Shown: positions 1-9,601 of the stretch, one piece after another
Layout: each line of letters starts with the position of its first letter
How positions within the stretch are numbered: the stretch's first letter is position 1
From: an uncultured Candidatus Saccharibacteria bacterium
Lineage (GTDB): Bacteria; Patescibacteriota; Saccharimonadia; Saccharimonadales; Saccharimonadaceae
Length of the DNA: 63,367 nucleotides
Assembly: GCA_964463545.1 (NCBI GenBank)
Contig: CAYXCA010000001.1
Coordinates: 1-63,367 of the forward strand
Direction of reading: 5' to 3'
The notes under the pieces: generated by a model
The model's database searches: none
What the model saw: only the letters and a program-made list of their open reading frames with translations
What the model was told of the DNA's origin: nothing
Translations under genes and position numbers: made by a program

Positions 1-224
1 TATCAGTGCCCTTATGTACCTTTTTATGCATTGACTTAACTAGCAATCGAAGTTCAATCAATTGCTATGTTCCGTCTTACAATTTTTTCATCGTTGTCTT
101 AAATTGTTAATCGAAATTCTGGTGCGCTGTAACCCCAAGCTTTGATAAAAGTTTGATAGATTACCTCGCATGATTTCTATCGTAATACAGAGGTTGCTCT
201 TCGCAACTTGTTTAACTGTTACTC

Positions 225-390
225 AGTATATCGCACCCATTTCGCAAAGTCAACACTTTTTTTGAAGATTTTTCGACTTTTTTGGATGTTTTTTGAATGA
301 CAGGTGTAAAATGTTACGATTCAAGAGTGTTAAATGTCTATTTTTTACACTCTATGCTTTCATAGTAGCACAGTCTAACAAAAATGTCAA
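225..390 (-). promoter_or_regulatory. Two tandem sigma70 promoters firing leftward out of the window (possible rRNA operon P1/P2)
   Basis: Minus strand reads TTGACA-17nt-TACTAT (362-390) and TTGACT-17nt-TATACT (225-253), followed by ORF-free sequence to the window edge. The rRNA assignment is inference only. Confidence 0.6.
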
Positions 391-465
391 TAGTTTTTAT
401 GGTTAATTTTGCAGAAATTGTCAAATGTTGCCGCCCAAAAGTATATATCATGCGCCGAATAACGC

Positions 466-495
466 TTAAACCCAGGACCGATGTCCTGGGTTTAA
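466..495. terminator. Hairpin, likely terminator of the 507-1322 gene
   Basis: TTAAACCCAGGAC-CGAT-GTCCTGGGTTTAA, perfect 13-bp stem just past the stop codon. Confidence 0.7.
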
Positions 496-506
496 AAAGT
501 CATAGG

Positions 507-1322
507 CTATCGCTGGCGCATTGCACAGAACCGATCGTTGAGGTCGTTAATGTTTTTTAATGCATTAGCGTCAAGCGTACCATATATTGCACTATTCGAT
601 CCGCCAAATTTCTGATTAAGTTCCTGAATGGCATCCATAATGATATGCTCGTATCTTCTCAACTCGCAAAATCTCGGGTCATCACAGGTGACCGCATAAA
701 GATATCTACGGTTGATCTCCGAATCGCCAATCAAAATGTCCTGACGGATCAGCGCTTCCATGGCGTATGGATCGTTATTCAGTATCTGTAGAGCAGGTTC
801 CTTGTTGGAGGTTTCAAGCATAAAACAACGACTATAGCCGTAATCGAGCTGCTCCTCCTCACTCAATGCGAGATACTCATCGCGAGTAACAGTCTTGTCG
901 TTCGAGTAACTCGTGATCTTATACACTGGCCAATATGCATCACGGTATTCGGGCAATAACTGGAATTTTTCATCCTCAATATAATTACCGCGCCCATCCG
1001 TTGCTTTGCCGTTCAAATCGTCAAGTGCCGGAACATCAAAGATGAAGCCTCGCAGTTTCTCCTTGTTAACCCAATAGGTTTTGAGGAGAGCCTCCATATC
1101 GCTACATCTTCGCCTGCGCTGTAATTCCTCGCCTTTGACCAGTAGAGCAATAATGTGTTGCCGATTTTTTGCAGATAGAGCCTGTTGATATTCGCCAGGC
1201 GCCATCAACTCCAATGTCGTCATCATTGCCCTTGCACCTTCGAAAAACGCTTTTGCCGTTTTTGAATTAGGGTCACGTAAAGCCTCTCTGGTAATGCCAC
1301 TGAAACAAATTTTGTCCATCAT
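507..1322 (-). CDS. Hypothetical protein (271 aa)
   Basis: Long ORF with AGGAGG Shine-Dalgarno, own promoter (TTGACA-17-TAACAT, ~1543-1571) and terminator; family not recognised. Confidence 0.7.
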   Translation of the reverse strand: MMDKICFSGITREALRDPNSKTAKAFFEGARAMMTTLELMAPGEYQQALSAKNRQHIIALLVKGEELQRRRRCSDMEALLKTYWVNKEKLRGFIFDVPALDDLNGKATDGRGNYIEDEKFQLLPEYRDAYWPVYKITSYSNDKTVTRDEYLALSEEEQLDYGYSRCFMLETSNKEPALQILNNDPYAMEALIRQDILIGDSEINRRYLYAVTCDDPRFCELRRYEHIIMDAIQELNQKFGGSNSAIYGTLDANALKNINDLNDRFCAMRQR

Positions 1323-1613
1323 ATTAATGAACCTCCTTTTTCTGCGCTGCTCGCGCTATTTTTATTTTGCGCAACAGGGTTATTACGCAAATGAGTCGCT
1401 CCTACACGAAGTAACTGATTTGCGTAATAACAGCAGAGAGGCTCAATATTATAGCCTATAGACTTTTAAGATACTAATGGGTGTCTGGTATCGCGAGTGC
1501 GATACCAGTATTTTTAGGGTAAAAATACTCCCTATGTTTCATATGTTATCATGGAGTTTGACTTTTGTCAACACTATTTCATAAAATTATGAAACTTAGT
1601 TTCAGACTCCACT

Positions 1614-1835
1614 CTATATGTCTAATACAGTACTAAGGCAGCGGAGGGGGATACCGATATAACGATTGCTACCTGCAGAGGGGCTAACAGTAGTACTAAA
1701 ACCCAACCAATGGGCTACTGCGGTAGTTGAACTTGCATGTGATGAAGAATAGTTACCGCCAAGTCCAGCACCGCCAAAAGTACTACTAGCAGTTCTATTC
1801 ATCACGAAGCCCCCGCTGCGCACGAAGTGGTACAA
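1614..1835 (-). other. Silent cassette C: C-terminal variable segment of a FISUMP-like protein
   Basis: Reads FVRSG...GNYSSS...VSPSAGSNRYIGIPLRCLSTVLDI*; no RBS or N-terminal domain; shares DNA anchors with the cassettes at 1930 and 32042. Confidence 0.7.
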
Positions 1836-1929
1836 TTTTTCATTTTTGTACTACTTTGGTAATGGATTTAACAGGGGGGGGTAGAAGCAAAGTCGTACTG
1901 GTACAAATTTGATTTTTTGTACCAGTAGC

Positions 1930-2163
1930 GTGCGCAGCGGAAACATGAACTTACCTGGTGTTAGCGGTGCTACTTTTAGGAATGCTAGTATTAACGGCTA
2001 TGACTGGTCATCGCGCATGTCATCTACTCGTCACGATGGTGCCACGATCCCTAGCGCCCATAACCTCGACTTCTATGAATCTGTAGTTCATCCATCAGTT
2101 GGCCCAGGTGAGCGTTATCGCGGTTTTCCCCTCCGCTGCCTTAGTACTGTATTAGACATATAG
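1930..2163 (+). other. Silent cassette A: C-terminal variable segment of a FISUMP-like protein
   Basis: Reads VRSG...GYDWSSR...AHNLDF...RYRGFPLRCLSTVLDI*; about 77% nt identical to 32042-32257 by hand alignment. Confidence 0.75.
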
Positions 2164-2699
2164 AGTGCATCATACTCGTAAATTTCAGCGTTTTGGAAGT
2201 TGGGAATATCTTGTGGCAGAGTTTTGGTCAAGATAGATGCAAGACGTTTCATTACGCCACTAGACGTGACAACAAGAATTTTGGCATTCTGAGGGTGAGA
2301 TTTTGATAAATCTAGAAGAAACGCCGTAGCACGGGCGTGAAACTCGCGAATTGGCTCCACTTCAAAAGCGCCCGAGTTAAGTTTTATGTCAAGAAAGTCA
2401 ATTTTATTATCGAATAGTTCATACATTGGGCGACCCTGAAATTGGCCAACGTTGCGTTCCTTGAGGGCATCAGAATAGATAATTGGGGAGTTCGGCGCTA
2501 CAATTTGAGCGGTTTTGGCGGCACGTTGAAGGGGAGAGGAATAGACAGCGTCAAATTCTAAACCTAGTTCTGTAATTTTGTCGCGGAGAGTTTTGGCTTG
2601 TTTGACACCATTAGCGTTGAGCGGAATATCGGCCCAACCCATAAGAGTCCCTTTTGCGTTCCAATCGGTTTCACCATGGCGGACGAGATAAAGTTTCAT
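2115..2699 (-). CDS. Histidine phosphatase family protein
   Basis: LVRHGETDWN motif, YSSPLQRAAKTA and LKERNVG; its last ~17 codons lie within cassette A and the inverted repeat. Confidence 0.9.
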   Translation of the reverse strand: MKLYLVRHGETDWNAKGTLMGWADIPLNANGVKQAKTLRDKITELGLEFDAVYSSPLQRAAKTAQIVAPNSPIIYSDALKERNVGQFQGRPMYELFDNKIDFLDIKLNSGAFEVEPIREFHARATAFLLDLSKSHPQNAKILVVTSSGVMKRLASILTKTLPQDIPNFQNAEIYEYDALYMSNTVLRQRRGKPR

Positions 2700-2707
2700 A
2701 AGAACCC

Positions 2708-3280
2708 TTAAACTATAATATCACCTTCAGAATTATCACCAATGGCGCGAAAACGATTGTTCCATGGCTTAATAGGCGAGCCATCAAGGCTACATGAATA
2801 TATTAGATAGCCTTGTTTCTTATCTGGGGTATCCTCAGCAGTATATTCCTCACGCAGAGGCATAAACTTATCGTACAAAGACACAGCCGGACGACCAGGA
2901 AAGTTCGTAGTATCAATACGAAAGTACTTATACTTCTTAAGCCGACGACAATACTCAATAGTGTCCTGCAAAACCTGTTGGCCAAAATGATGACGACGAA
3001 ACTCAGGTAAAATCGCAAACCAATCCATCCAAATTGATTCCTCCTGATCATAACCAGCCTCGTCTATGTCAAAAGTAAAGACGCCAGTCGCCCCAATTAA
3101 GGCATCTTCATAATATATCAACCAAGAAACATTACTGGCGTCATCCGGGAAAAGTGGTTTAGCAAGGTAGTCTTCATCCGCATCTTCGTTGGGCCAGATA
3201 TAATGTTGAATATCTAGTGCGAGTTGAATATTATCAGCACTAACTTTTTTATAAACTAATTCTCCAGTGTAGCTCTGCAT
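2708..3280 (-). CDS. GNAT family N-acetyltransferase
   Basis: WFAILPEFRRHHFGQQVL (motif A) and AVSLYDK. Confidence 0.8.
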   Translation of the reverse strand: MQSYTGELVYKKVSADNIQLALDIQHYIWPNEDADEDYLAKPLFPDDASNVSWLIYYEDALIGATGVFTFDIDEAGYDQEESIWMDWFAILPEFRRHHFGQQVLQDTIEYCRRLKKYKYFRIDTTNFPGRPAVSLYDKFMPLREEYTAEDTPDKKQGYLIYSCSLDGSPIKPWNNRFRAIGDNSEGDIIV

Positions 3281-3282
3281 GT

Positions 3283-3936
3283 TTAGGCTTTTTTGATAAC
3301 TTTATGATTACCATTAACGATATAAACATCGCCGTCGTTTAGAATGATCGGTTCGGCATTAATTTTGGCAACCTGCTCTTGGTAGAACTTGGTGATTGCT
3401 TTACGCTCGGGGCGATTAGCGTGCGGGACGACATATTCGTCGATCAAACCTAAGCCATCAACGACAGATTCTATACCATAATAAGCACCGACTTCTTCTA
3501 CTTTCAAATCGTCGCGTTCATAAACCTCGATATCTCTTGATGCCACCATGGCACCAGCACTGTGGCCAGCGTAAACAGTGATATCTTCCTCAAGGCGTTG
3601 GCGCAAAATACTATCCATTCCACTGACTATGAGCGCGGTGGCCAAGAGAAAAACGTTTCCACCCATAGAGTAAATTAAACCTGGGTTATAATCTGTAACG
3701 AATTCTCTGAGTTCATCTGGATCTTTAGGGAAATATTCGCGTAAATCGAGTTCTTGAGCCTGAAAACTAGCCTGCTGCAGAATGTTTAGTTTTTCGTTAA
3801 CACGCTCGGCACGGGCCTCAGGTGCCTTATAGTCACGCGCATTAGTAATAAGCAGAGTTTTGCGGTTTTCGCCAACCAGTTCGCGCAAATCGGCGGCAAA
3901 GTTGCCTAAATCTTGGCTAGAGAGAAAGAGTTTCAT
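3283..3936 (-). CDS. Peptidase S51 (peptidase E-like)
   Basis: MGGNVFLL, YAGHSAGA nucleophile elbow, GLGLIDEYVVPH. Confidence 0.85.
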   Translation of the reverse strand: MKLFLSSQDLGNFAADLRELVGENRKTLLITNARDYKAPEARAERVNEKLNILQQASFQAQELDLREYFPKDPDELREFVTDYNPGLIYSMGGNVFLLATALIVSGMDSILRQRLEEDITVYAGHSAGAMVASRDIEVYERDDLKVEEVGAYYGIESVVDGLGLIDEYVVPHANRPERKAITKFYQEQVAKINAEPIILNDGDVYIVNGNHKVIKKA

Positions 3937-3940
3937 TATC

Positions 3941-6412
3941 TTATTTTCCTTTCACTAATGCTTTAAGTTTTTCGTGGACGCCGGCGGAATCTTTGGCGAT
4001 GAGCGCCAGACGCGCATCAATGTCGGTATGAGCAATTTTGAGCGTGCGGGCGAGAACTGGATTATCGGCCATTTGATCGAAGAAAGCGTAGAATTTCTTA
4101 GCTTCATCAGGCGTGCGGATGGCACTCGCCGTACAACGCGGATAATCTTCGACTGACTTTTCACCAGTGAGTTTTTCGATATAACCCCAGTGCGTGACCA
4201 GCCAATCTAGAGCACGGTCGCGTGTACGGAAATTACGCACCAAATGAACAAAGAGAAAAAGATGATCTTGCGAGCGCACAATCTTGGGCTGTTCAAGCAA
4301 GGCAAGCAAACGATCCAAATTTTGCGGCCGTTTAGCAACGTCGGCGAGCGTATATAGTATATCATCCTTAATTTCAGGGTCGGCTTCGGTCGGATAGCGC
4401 TGAAGCCAATCATCAAACACTTGATCTTCGTCAAAGTAGAGTTTGGCCGTTAAAATCGCAGTACGTAGTTCGGGGTTAATTTGCGTAAAATCTTCCTGAT
4501 ACATCTTGGCTAAATGGCGCAAAACTGGTTCATATTCGCAATAATAGGCGATTCCGAGCAAAATTCGACGTTTTGTGGTTGAATCTGTATCATGTAATAC
4601 AGAAAAGTCAATACTATCGAACTGGTCTTGCAGGAGTTGACGTAGATAGGCTTTGTAATCATCTGCGGCCGGGGTTTCGGGCGGACAGAAAAGTTTGAGA
4701 TCAGAAATCAACATTAGTATAATATTCCAAACTGCGGGCGAAGGTTCATGAATGAACTTAGGCAAAAGATCGAACAAAGATGCCGAAGCGACATCGGGAG
4801 TTTTAGCAAGCAACTCACGATCAATCAGCAGGCGCAGTTTTTGCTCGCTCGATAGTTGGTCATACTCGGCAATCTTGGCCTGAAAATCTGTATCATTGAG
4901 GTTGAGCAAATAGTGACCCGACATATCGTCGGTAATTTCTGGCAAAGGCCAAGTAGTATCGTCGGTCTGGCCAGTAATAAGAAAACGATGTTGCCCCCAG
5001 TCATTCCCCTGCCGCTGCAAAACCGGATAGCCCGGCTGAGTGATCCAGGCATGCATAAAATCTTTAATATCAAAATCAGCGTATGGCTGGAGCGAAGCCC
5101 ACAAATCGTCACCCACAGTATTGCAATATTTATAATGGTCGAAATAATCACGCAGGCCTTGGTCAAATTTCTCTTCATCCATCAGCCGGATAAGCATAAA
5201 AATCAAGTGTGCGCCTTTGGCATAGACAATGGCACTGTCGAACAAAGTCGCGATTTCAGCAGGACTATGCACGGCTTGTTGCACCGCCTGCACGCCCGGA
5301 AGACAATCGCGCTGGAACGCCGCAAGACAATAACCAGTGAAGAAATCTTGCCAGATATTAAAATCGGGATAGAGTGCATCCGTGGCAAAATACTCGATAA
5401 CGCTTGCAAAAGATTCGTTAAGCCAAAGGTCGTCCCACCACTGCATGGTAACGAGATCGCCAAACCATTGGTGCGAAAGTTCATGTGTGACGGTGAGGGC
5501 AATACTTTGTTTGGTTTCTAGGCTAGCGGTTTTGTCGGCGAGCATCATGGATTCGCGATAAGTGACTAAGCCCCAGTTTTCCATGGCGCCAGCCTCAAAA
5601 TCGGGCAGCGCGACTTGATCAAGTTTAGGCAAGGGATACTTCTCTTGAAACTTCTCATCATAATATTCGAGTGCACGGGCGGCAGTATCATTAGCAAATA
5701 ACAATGATTCGATCGGCTGATTAAGTGCACAATATGAACTAACTTTGACGCCGTTTTTATTCACCGTGGAAACACTTTGTAAAGGTCCGGCCACCCAGGC
5801 AAGCAGATAGGTAGACATACGTGGAGTGGTTTCAAACTCAAAACTACCGCTGGTTTGCTGGATAACTGGTGTATTGGCTAGCACTACGTCGCAAGACGGA
5901 TCATAATCTGGCAGAATAATTCGAAGGTCAAAAGTAGCCTTGGCGGCTGGTTCATCAACGCAAGGAAAGGCTTCACGCGCATAGTGCGATTCAAATTGCG
6001 TGGCCACTAAACGTTGCTCCTTGCCATTGAAGTCATAGGTGGAAAGATAACAACCCTGCATGTTATGGCTAAGCGCACCGCTAAAATTGATTTTGAGAGT
6101 AAGATGATTGTTGTCCTGACATTCATCCAGAAGAGCACGCATTTCATCTGTAACAGGAATTATGATAGCGCCATCCTCGTATGTGTAATCACAAGCCATG
6201 TAACTATATTCAGCCGAGAGATCGTCGTAATCCATCCACTGCGGGCGCCATTCGATTTTTTCAATTTCGAGATTAACGGCATGGAGTTTTATTCTATCAC
6301 CATGCAAAGTTCCATAAATTTCTACTTTGCCTTTGAACCGCTCGGTGTCGCGCCAGAGGTATTCTTCAAGATTGTAATGATTAGGGGTAAAATAGTCGAG
6401 AAATCTTTCCAT
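3941..6412 (-). CDS. pepN: M1 family aminopeptidase N
   Basis: ATQFESHYAREAFPCVDEP, GAMENWG, HELSH-x18-E zinc motif; start moved to ATG 6412 (MERF), just downstream of TGTTATAAT. Confidence 0.92.
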   Translation of the reverse strand: MERFLDYFTPNHYNLEEYLWRDTERFKGKVEIYGTLHGDRIKLHAVNLEIEKIEWRPQWMDYDDLSAEYSYMACDYTYEDGAIIIPVTDEMRALLDECQDNNHLTLKINFSGALSHNMQGCYLSTYDFNGKEQRLVATQFESHYAREAFPCVDEPAAKATFDLRIILPDYDPSCDVVLANTPVIQQTSGSFEFETTPRMSTYLLAWVAGPLQSVSTVNKNGVKVSSYCALNQPIESLLFANDTAARALEYYDEKFQEKYPLPKLDQVALPDFEAGAMENWGLVTYRESMMLADKTASLETKQSIALTVTHELSHQWFGDLVTMQWWDDLWLNESFASVIEYFATDALYPDFNIWQDFFTGYCLAAFQRDCLPGVQAVQQAVHSPAEIATLFDSAIVYAKGAHLIFMLIRLMDEEKFDQGLRDYFDHYKYCNTVGDDLWASLQPYADFDIKDFMHAWITQPGYPVLQRQGNDWGQHRFLITGQTDDTTWPLPEITDDMSGHYLLNLNDTDFQAKIAEYDQLSSEQKLRLLIDRELLAKTPDVASASLFDLLPKFIHEPSPAVWNIILMLISDLKLFCPPETPAADDYKAYLRQLLQDQFDSIDFSVLHDTDSTTKRRILLGIAYYCEYEPVLRHLAKMYQEDFTQINPELRTAILTAKLYFDEDQVFDDWLQRYPTEADPEIKDDILYTLADVAKRPQNLDRLLALLEQPKIVRSQDHLFLFVHLVRNFRTRDRALDWLVTHWGYIEKLTGEKSVEDYPRCTASAIRTPDEAKKFYAFFDQMADNPVLARTLKIAHTDIDARLALIAKDSAGVHEKLKALVKGK

Positions 6413-6493
6413 ATAATGATTATAACACACGGAAAACTAGGGCTCTAGGAGCCATTACTTTCATTGTAGCATACCATAAGCATTTTGTCAATA

Positions 6494-8098
6494 CTAGATA
6501 ACCCGCGAAACTTCTTCGAGCGTAGTTTCGCCACGCAAGGCGGCAAGAATTCCCTTTTGTTCGAGTGTGAGCATACCGTGGGAACGAGCAGTGTCTTCGA
6601 TGGCGTGAGTATTGATGTCCTTGATATCACCGCGCAAATATGCCTGGATATCTTCAGAAACCACTAACTGTTCCATCAAAACCGTGCGACCTTTGTAGCC
6701 AAACGGAACTTCCTCGCTCTCGACCGGGCGATAGAGTGTAATATCATTTAGGTCGACATCTACACCATAAAGCACGTTGCGAATATAACTTTCCGTGGAA
6801 GTGTCAGGCTTGTAAGGCTCCTTATTATCGGCCAGTTTACGCACCAAGCGCTGTGCTATCAACAGGCGAATTGAACTGGCGAAGATCGGGTTAGTACCGA
6901 TGAGGTCGATCATACGAGCAAAAGCAGCGGAGGTAGAATTGGCGTGGAAAGACGAAAGTACAAGGTGGCCGGTGATAGAAGCCTGAATGGCAGTGCGAGC
7001 AGTATCAGCGTCGCGAATCTCGCCCACCATTACCACGTCTGGGTCAAGACGGAGCACAGAGCGCAGGCCTTCGGCAAACGAAGCGCCGTCATTGGTATGA
7101 ATTGGAATCTGCGTGATACCAGTGATGCCATATTCAATTGGGTCCTCCAAAGTGATAATCTTGCGTTCACTAGTATTGAGAGCGTTAAGAATAGAATAGA
7201 GCGTGGTGGACTTACCGGAGCCCGTCGGACCAACCATGAGCACGAGGCCGCGCGGGTGAGAAATGATTTCTTCGATGGTTTCAAGTTCAGTTGAAGAAAG
7301 TCCAAGTAAGTTAAGGTTAAGTAAGGACTCATCAAAGTTGAACAAACGCAATACTGCATCCTGGCCATACATTGTTGGGACAGTTTCGACACGAAGATTA
7401 AGCAAATGCGAAGAACCATCACGATAAATATCTTGCTGCATATGACCAGACTGCGGATCAGTGGAAGCCGTAGAGATATCGGCACGCGAAGAGAGTTCAC
7501 CCATAATAATGCGGTAGCGATCTTTATCGAGTTGAGCCACCGGGTGCAACATACCATCAACGCGCATGCGAATGCGAATCTCATCGCGCATGTTTTCGAT
7601 ATGGACGTCAGAAGCGCCCAGTTTGTCGGCTTGATCAATGAGAAAGTCGAAAATTTCTTCAGAGGAAACGCGATTGAGTGTGCGACTGACTTCGGCGATT
7701 GTTTCGGAATCACCATCTTGAGCAATTTTAATATCATCATAATGAACCTCTCGTGGCGGATCATAACGCAACATGAAATTTTGGAAGGCAGAATTGGAAA
7801 TCAAGAAGAAACCGACATGCTTGCCATCTTCGGCATAGCGACGGCGCATATCCGGCAAGAGGCTGTTCGGCGTCTGGCTGGTAACCATAAAACGAAAGGG
7901 AGTTTCTTCATCGCCCTTTTGCAATGGAATCATGAAATCTTTGCGCATGGTCTTGACGTCGAGCACGTCTGGGACTAGCGGGATGGTTTCTTCGAACTCA
8001 CGTGTGTCGAGGTATGGCAGACCAAGAATGCGCGCCCGATTACGGGTAGCCTGTTCTTCGTTATCACGCCGTTTGCGCTGAATTTCCGCTTCATCCAT
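6494..8098 (-). CDS. GspE/PilB family type IV pilus assembly ATPase
   Basis: ASDVHIE, RMRVDGML, GPTGSGKSTTL, TLEDPIEY, LRLDPDVVMVGEIRD, TGHLVLSSFH. Confidence 0.92.
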   Translation of the reverse strand: MDEAEIQRKRRDNEEQATRNRARILGLPYLDTREFEETIPLVPDVLDVKTMRKDFMIPLQKGDEETPFRFMVTSQTPNSLLPDMRRRYAEDGKHVGFFLISNSAFQNFMLRYDPPREVHYDDIKIAQDGDSETIAEVSRTLNRVSSEEIFDFLIDQADKLGASDVHIENMRDEIRIRMRVDGMLHPVAQLDKDRYRIIMGELSSRADISTASTDPQSGHMQQDIYRDGSSHLLNLRVETVPTMYGQDAVLRLFNFDESLLNLNLLGLSSTELETIEEIISHPRGLVLMVGPTGSGKSTTLYSILNALNTSERKIITLEDPIEYGITGITQIPIHTNDGASFAEGLRSVLRLDPDVVMVGEIRDADTARTAIQASITGHLVLSSFHANSTSAAFARMIDLIGTNPIFASSIRLLIAQRLVRKLADNKEPYKPDTSTESYIRNVLYGVDVDLNDITLYRPVESEEVPFGYKGRTVLMEQLVVSEDIQAYLRGDIKDINTHAIEDTARSHGMLTLEQKGILAALRGETTLEEVSRVI

Positions 8099-8135
8099 TG
8101 TTTATTATCTTGCCCACTTTATGCTTATGGATATA

Positions 8136-9485
8136 TTATAGCATGGAATTATCGGAATTTTCGAGTTCGGCGAATTTTGCGGTCATAGTAGGGTTACCAC
8201 GGGTGAGTTTTTTAATGGTGAGATCATCCAATTTCTTGTTGGCGGTTTCAAAATTCTTGACGGTCTGGATGAGGGCATCGCGAGTATTCTCGAGTTTTTT
8301 GATGCTCTCTTCGATTTCTTTGATGGCTTTGTTGAAGTTCTTGGTGGCGCGGTCAGAGTTGATGGCAAAACTATCTTTCCATTTGTCGATACGACCTTCA
8401 AAGTTGGTGATGTCGATGTTTTGTTCTTTGATGAGCGCAAGTTCGGCTTTATATTGCAATGAGTTCATTGCGGCGTTGCGCAAGAGCGTAATCATGGTAA
8501 TGAAAAACTGCGGACGAATGACGTACATTTTGTCAAAACCAGACTGGAAAGAAACATCCACAATCCCCTGGTTATAGAGTTCATTATCGGCTTCGAGTAG
8601 AGAAACTAACACGGCATATTCGCAATTTTTCTCGCGACGATCTTTGTCGAGTTCTTTGAAAAAGTGTTCGTTTTTGTGTTTGGTGGCAGTGGTTTCGTTT
8701 TCGTTTTTCATTTCAAACATGATGGAAATAATTTCGTTGCCATGCTCGTCGGTTTCACGATAAATGTAATCGCCTTTGCTACCAGTGGTCTTGGAAACGG
8801 CATTATCTTTTTCAAAATAAGCATGCTGGAAGGCCGTGGGACGCAATTTATTAAACTCAGTTTCGCAATGTTGCTCCAGACTTTCGCCAATCATTTTGGT
8901 AGACATTCTCGCCTTCATGTCTTTGTAATAAGCAATCATTTCGTCTTTACTGCGCAGTTCGGCATCGTGTTGCTCTTTCAGTGAAGTGAGTTGCAATTTT
9001 TGCTCGGTTTCTTTATGCTCGAGTTTGTTTGCGAGTTCGTCGCGCTCTCTTTCGATGGCGGTAACCGCCTTGGTAACGGCAAGTTCCTGCTCAGTCTTGG
9101 AACTGGCGATTTGCGATTCTAACTTGGCAATTGCTTCTGCAGTCTGGGACTGAAGCCTGGAAAGTTCCTCGGAATTTTGGACTTTGAGTTCGGAAATTTT
9201 TTGATTGGCCTGAGATTTGAGTTTGATAATTTCAGAATCTTTGTCCGAAATAGCACGCTGAAGTTCCGATTCTTTGTCGGCCAAAGTTTGTTGGAATTCG
9301 GCGCGCACTTTGGACTCGGCTAATTTGATTTCGTTTTGTTTTTCGCGCTCAGCCACAGCCAACTTTTCGTGCACTTCTTGTTCGATTTCCTGCTTGCTGA
9401 TTTGGTTGAGCAGGCTAGCATATTCACTTTCGTCCACCGAAAAAACTTTGTGGCAATGCGGGCAAGTCAGGTCATGATTCATCAA
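8136..9485 (-). CDS. DUF2130-type coiled-coil protein
   Basis: N-terminal CPHC, long coiled coil, STKMIGESLEQHC, KGDYIYR, SIMFEMKNE. Confidence 0.8.
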   Translation of the reverse strand: MMNHDLTCPHCHKVFSVDESEYASLLNQISKQEIEQEVHEKLAVAEREKQNEIKLAESKVRAEFQQTLADKESELQRAISDKDSEIIKLKSQANQKISELKVQNSEELSRLQSQTAEAIAKLESQIASSKTEQELAVTKAVTAIERERDELANKLEHKETEQKLQLTSLKEQHDAELRSKDEMIAYYKDMKARMSTKMIGESLEQHCETEFNKLRPTAFQHAYFEKDNAVSKTTGSKGDYIYRETDEHGNEIISIMFEMKNENETTATKHKNEHFFKELDKDRREKNCEYAVLVSLLEADNELYNQGIVDVSFQSGFDKMYVIRPQFFITMITLLRNAAMNSLQYKAELALIKEQNIDITNFEGRIDKWKDSFAINSDRATKNFNKAIKEIEESIKKLENTRDALIQTVKNFETANKKLDDLTIKKLTRGNPTMTAKFAELENSDNSML

Positions 9486-9601
9486 AATTCCTCCATTTTT
9501 ATAGTTAGATTATAGCAATTTTTGACTTTTTTGGCTAATTTTGGCGTTTTTCTATTGACTTTTTTGCCCATCTGTGGTATAATGGAATTATAAGAGTGTA
9601 A

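Larger units (their letters stand above)
1610..2167. repeat. 558-bp unit bounded by perfect 40-bp inverted repeats, holding two head-to-head FISUMP-tip cassettes
   Basis: 1610-1649 CACTCTATATGTCTAATACAGTACTAAGGCAGCGGAGGGG is the exact reverse complement of 2128-2167. Confidence 0.9.

Noticed and set aside
1610-2167. Standard MITE or IS
   Set aside because: No target-site duplication or transposase seen, and the inverted repeats are the cassettes' own coding 3' ends.
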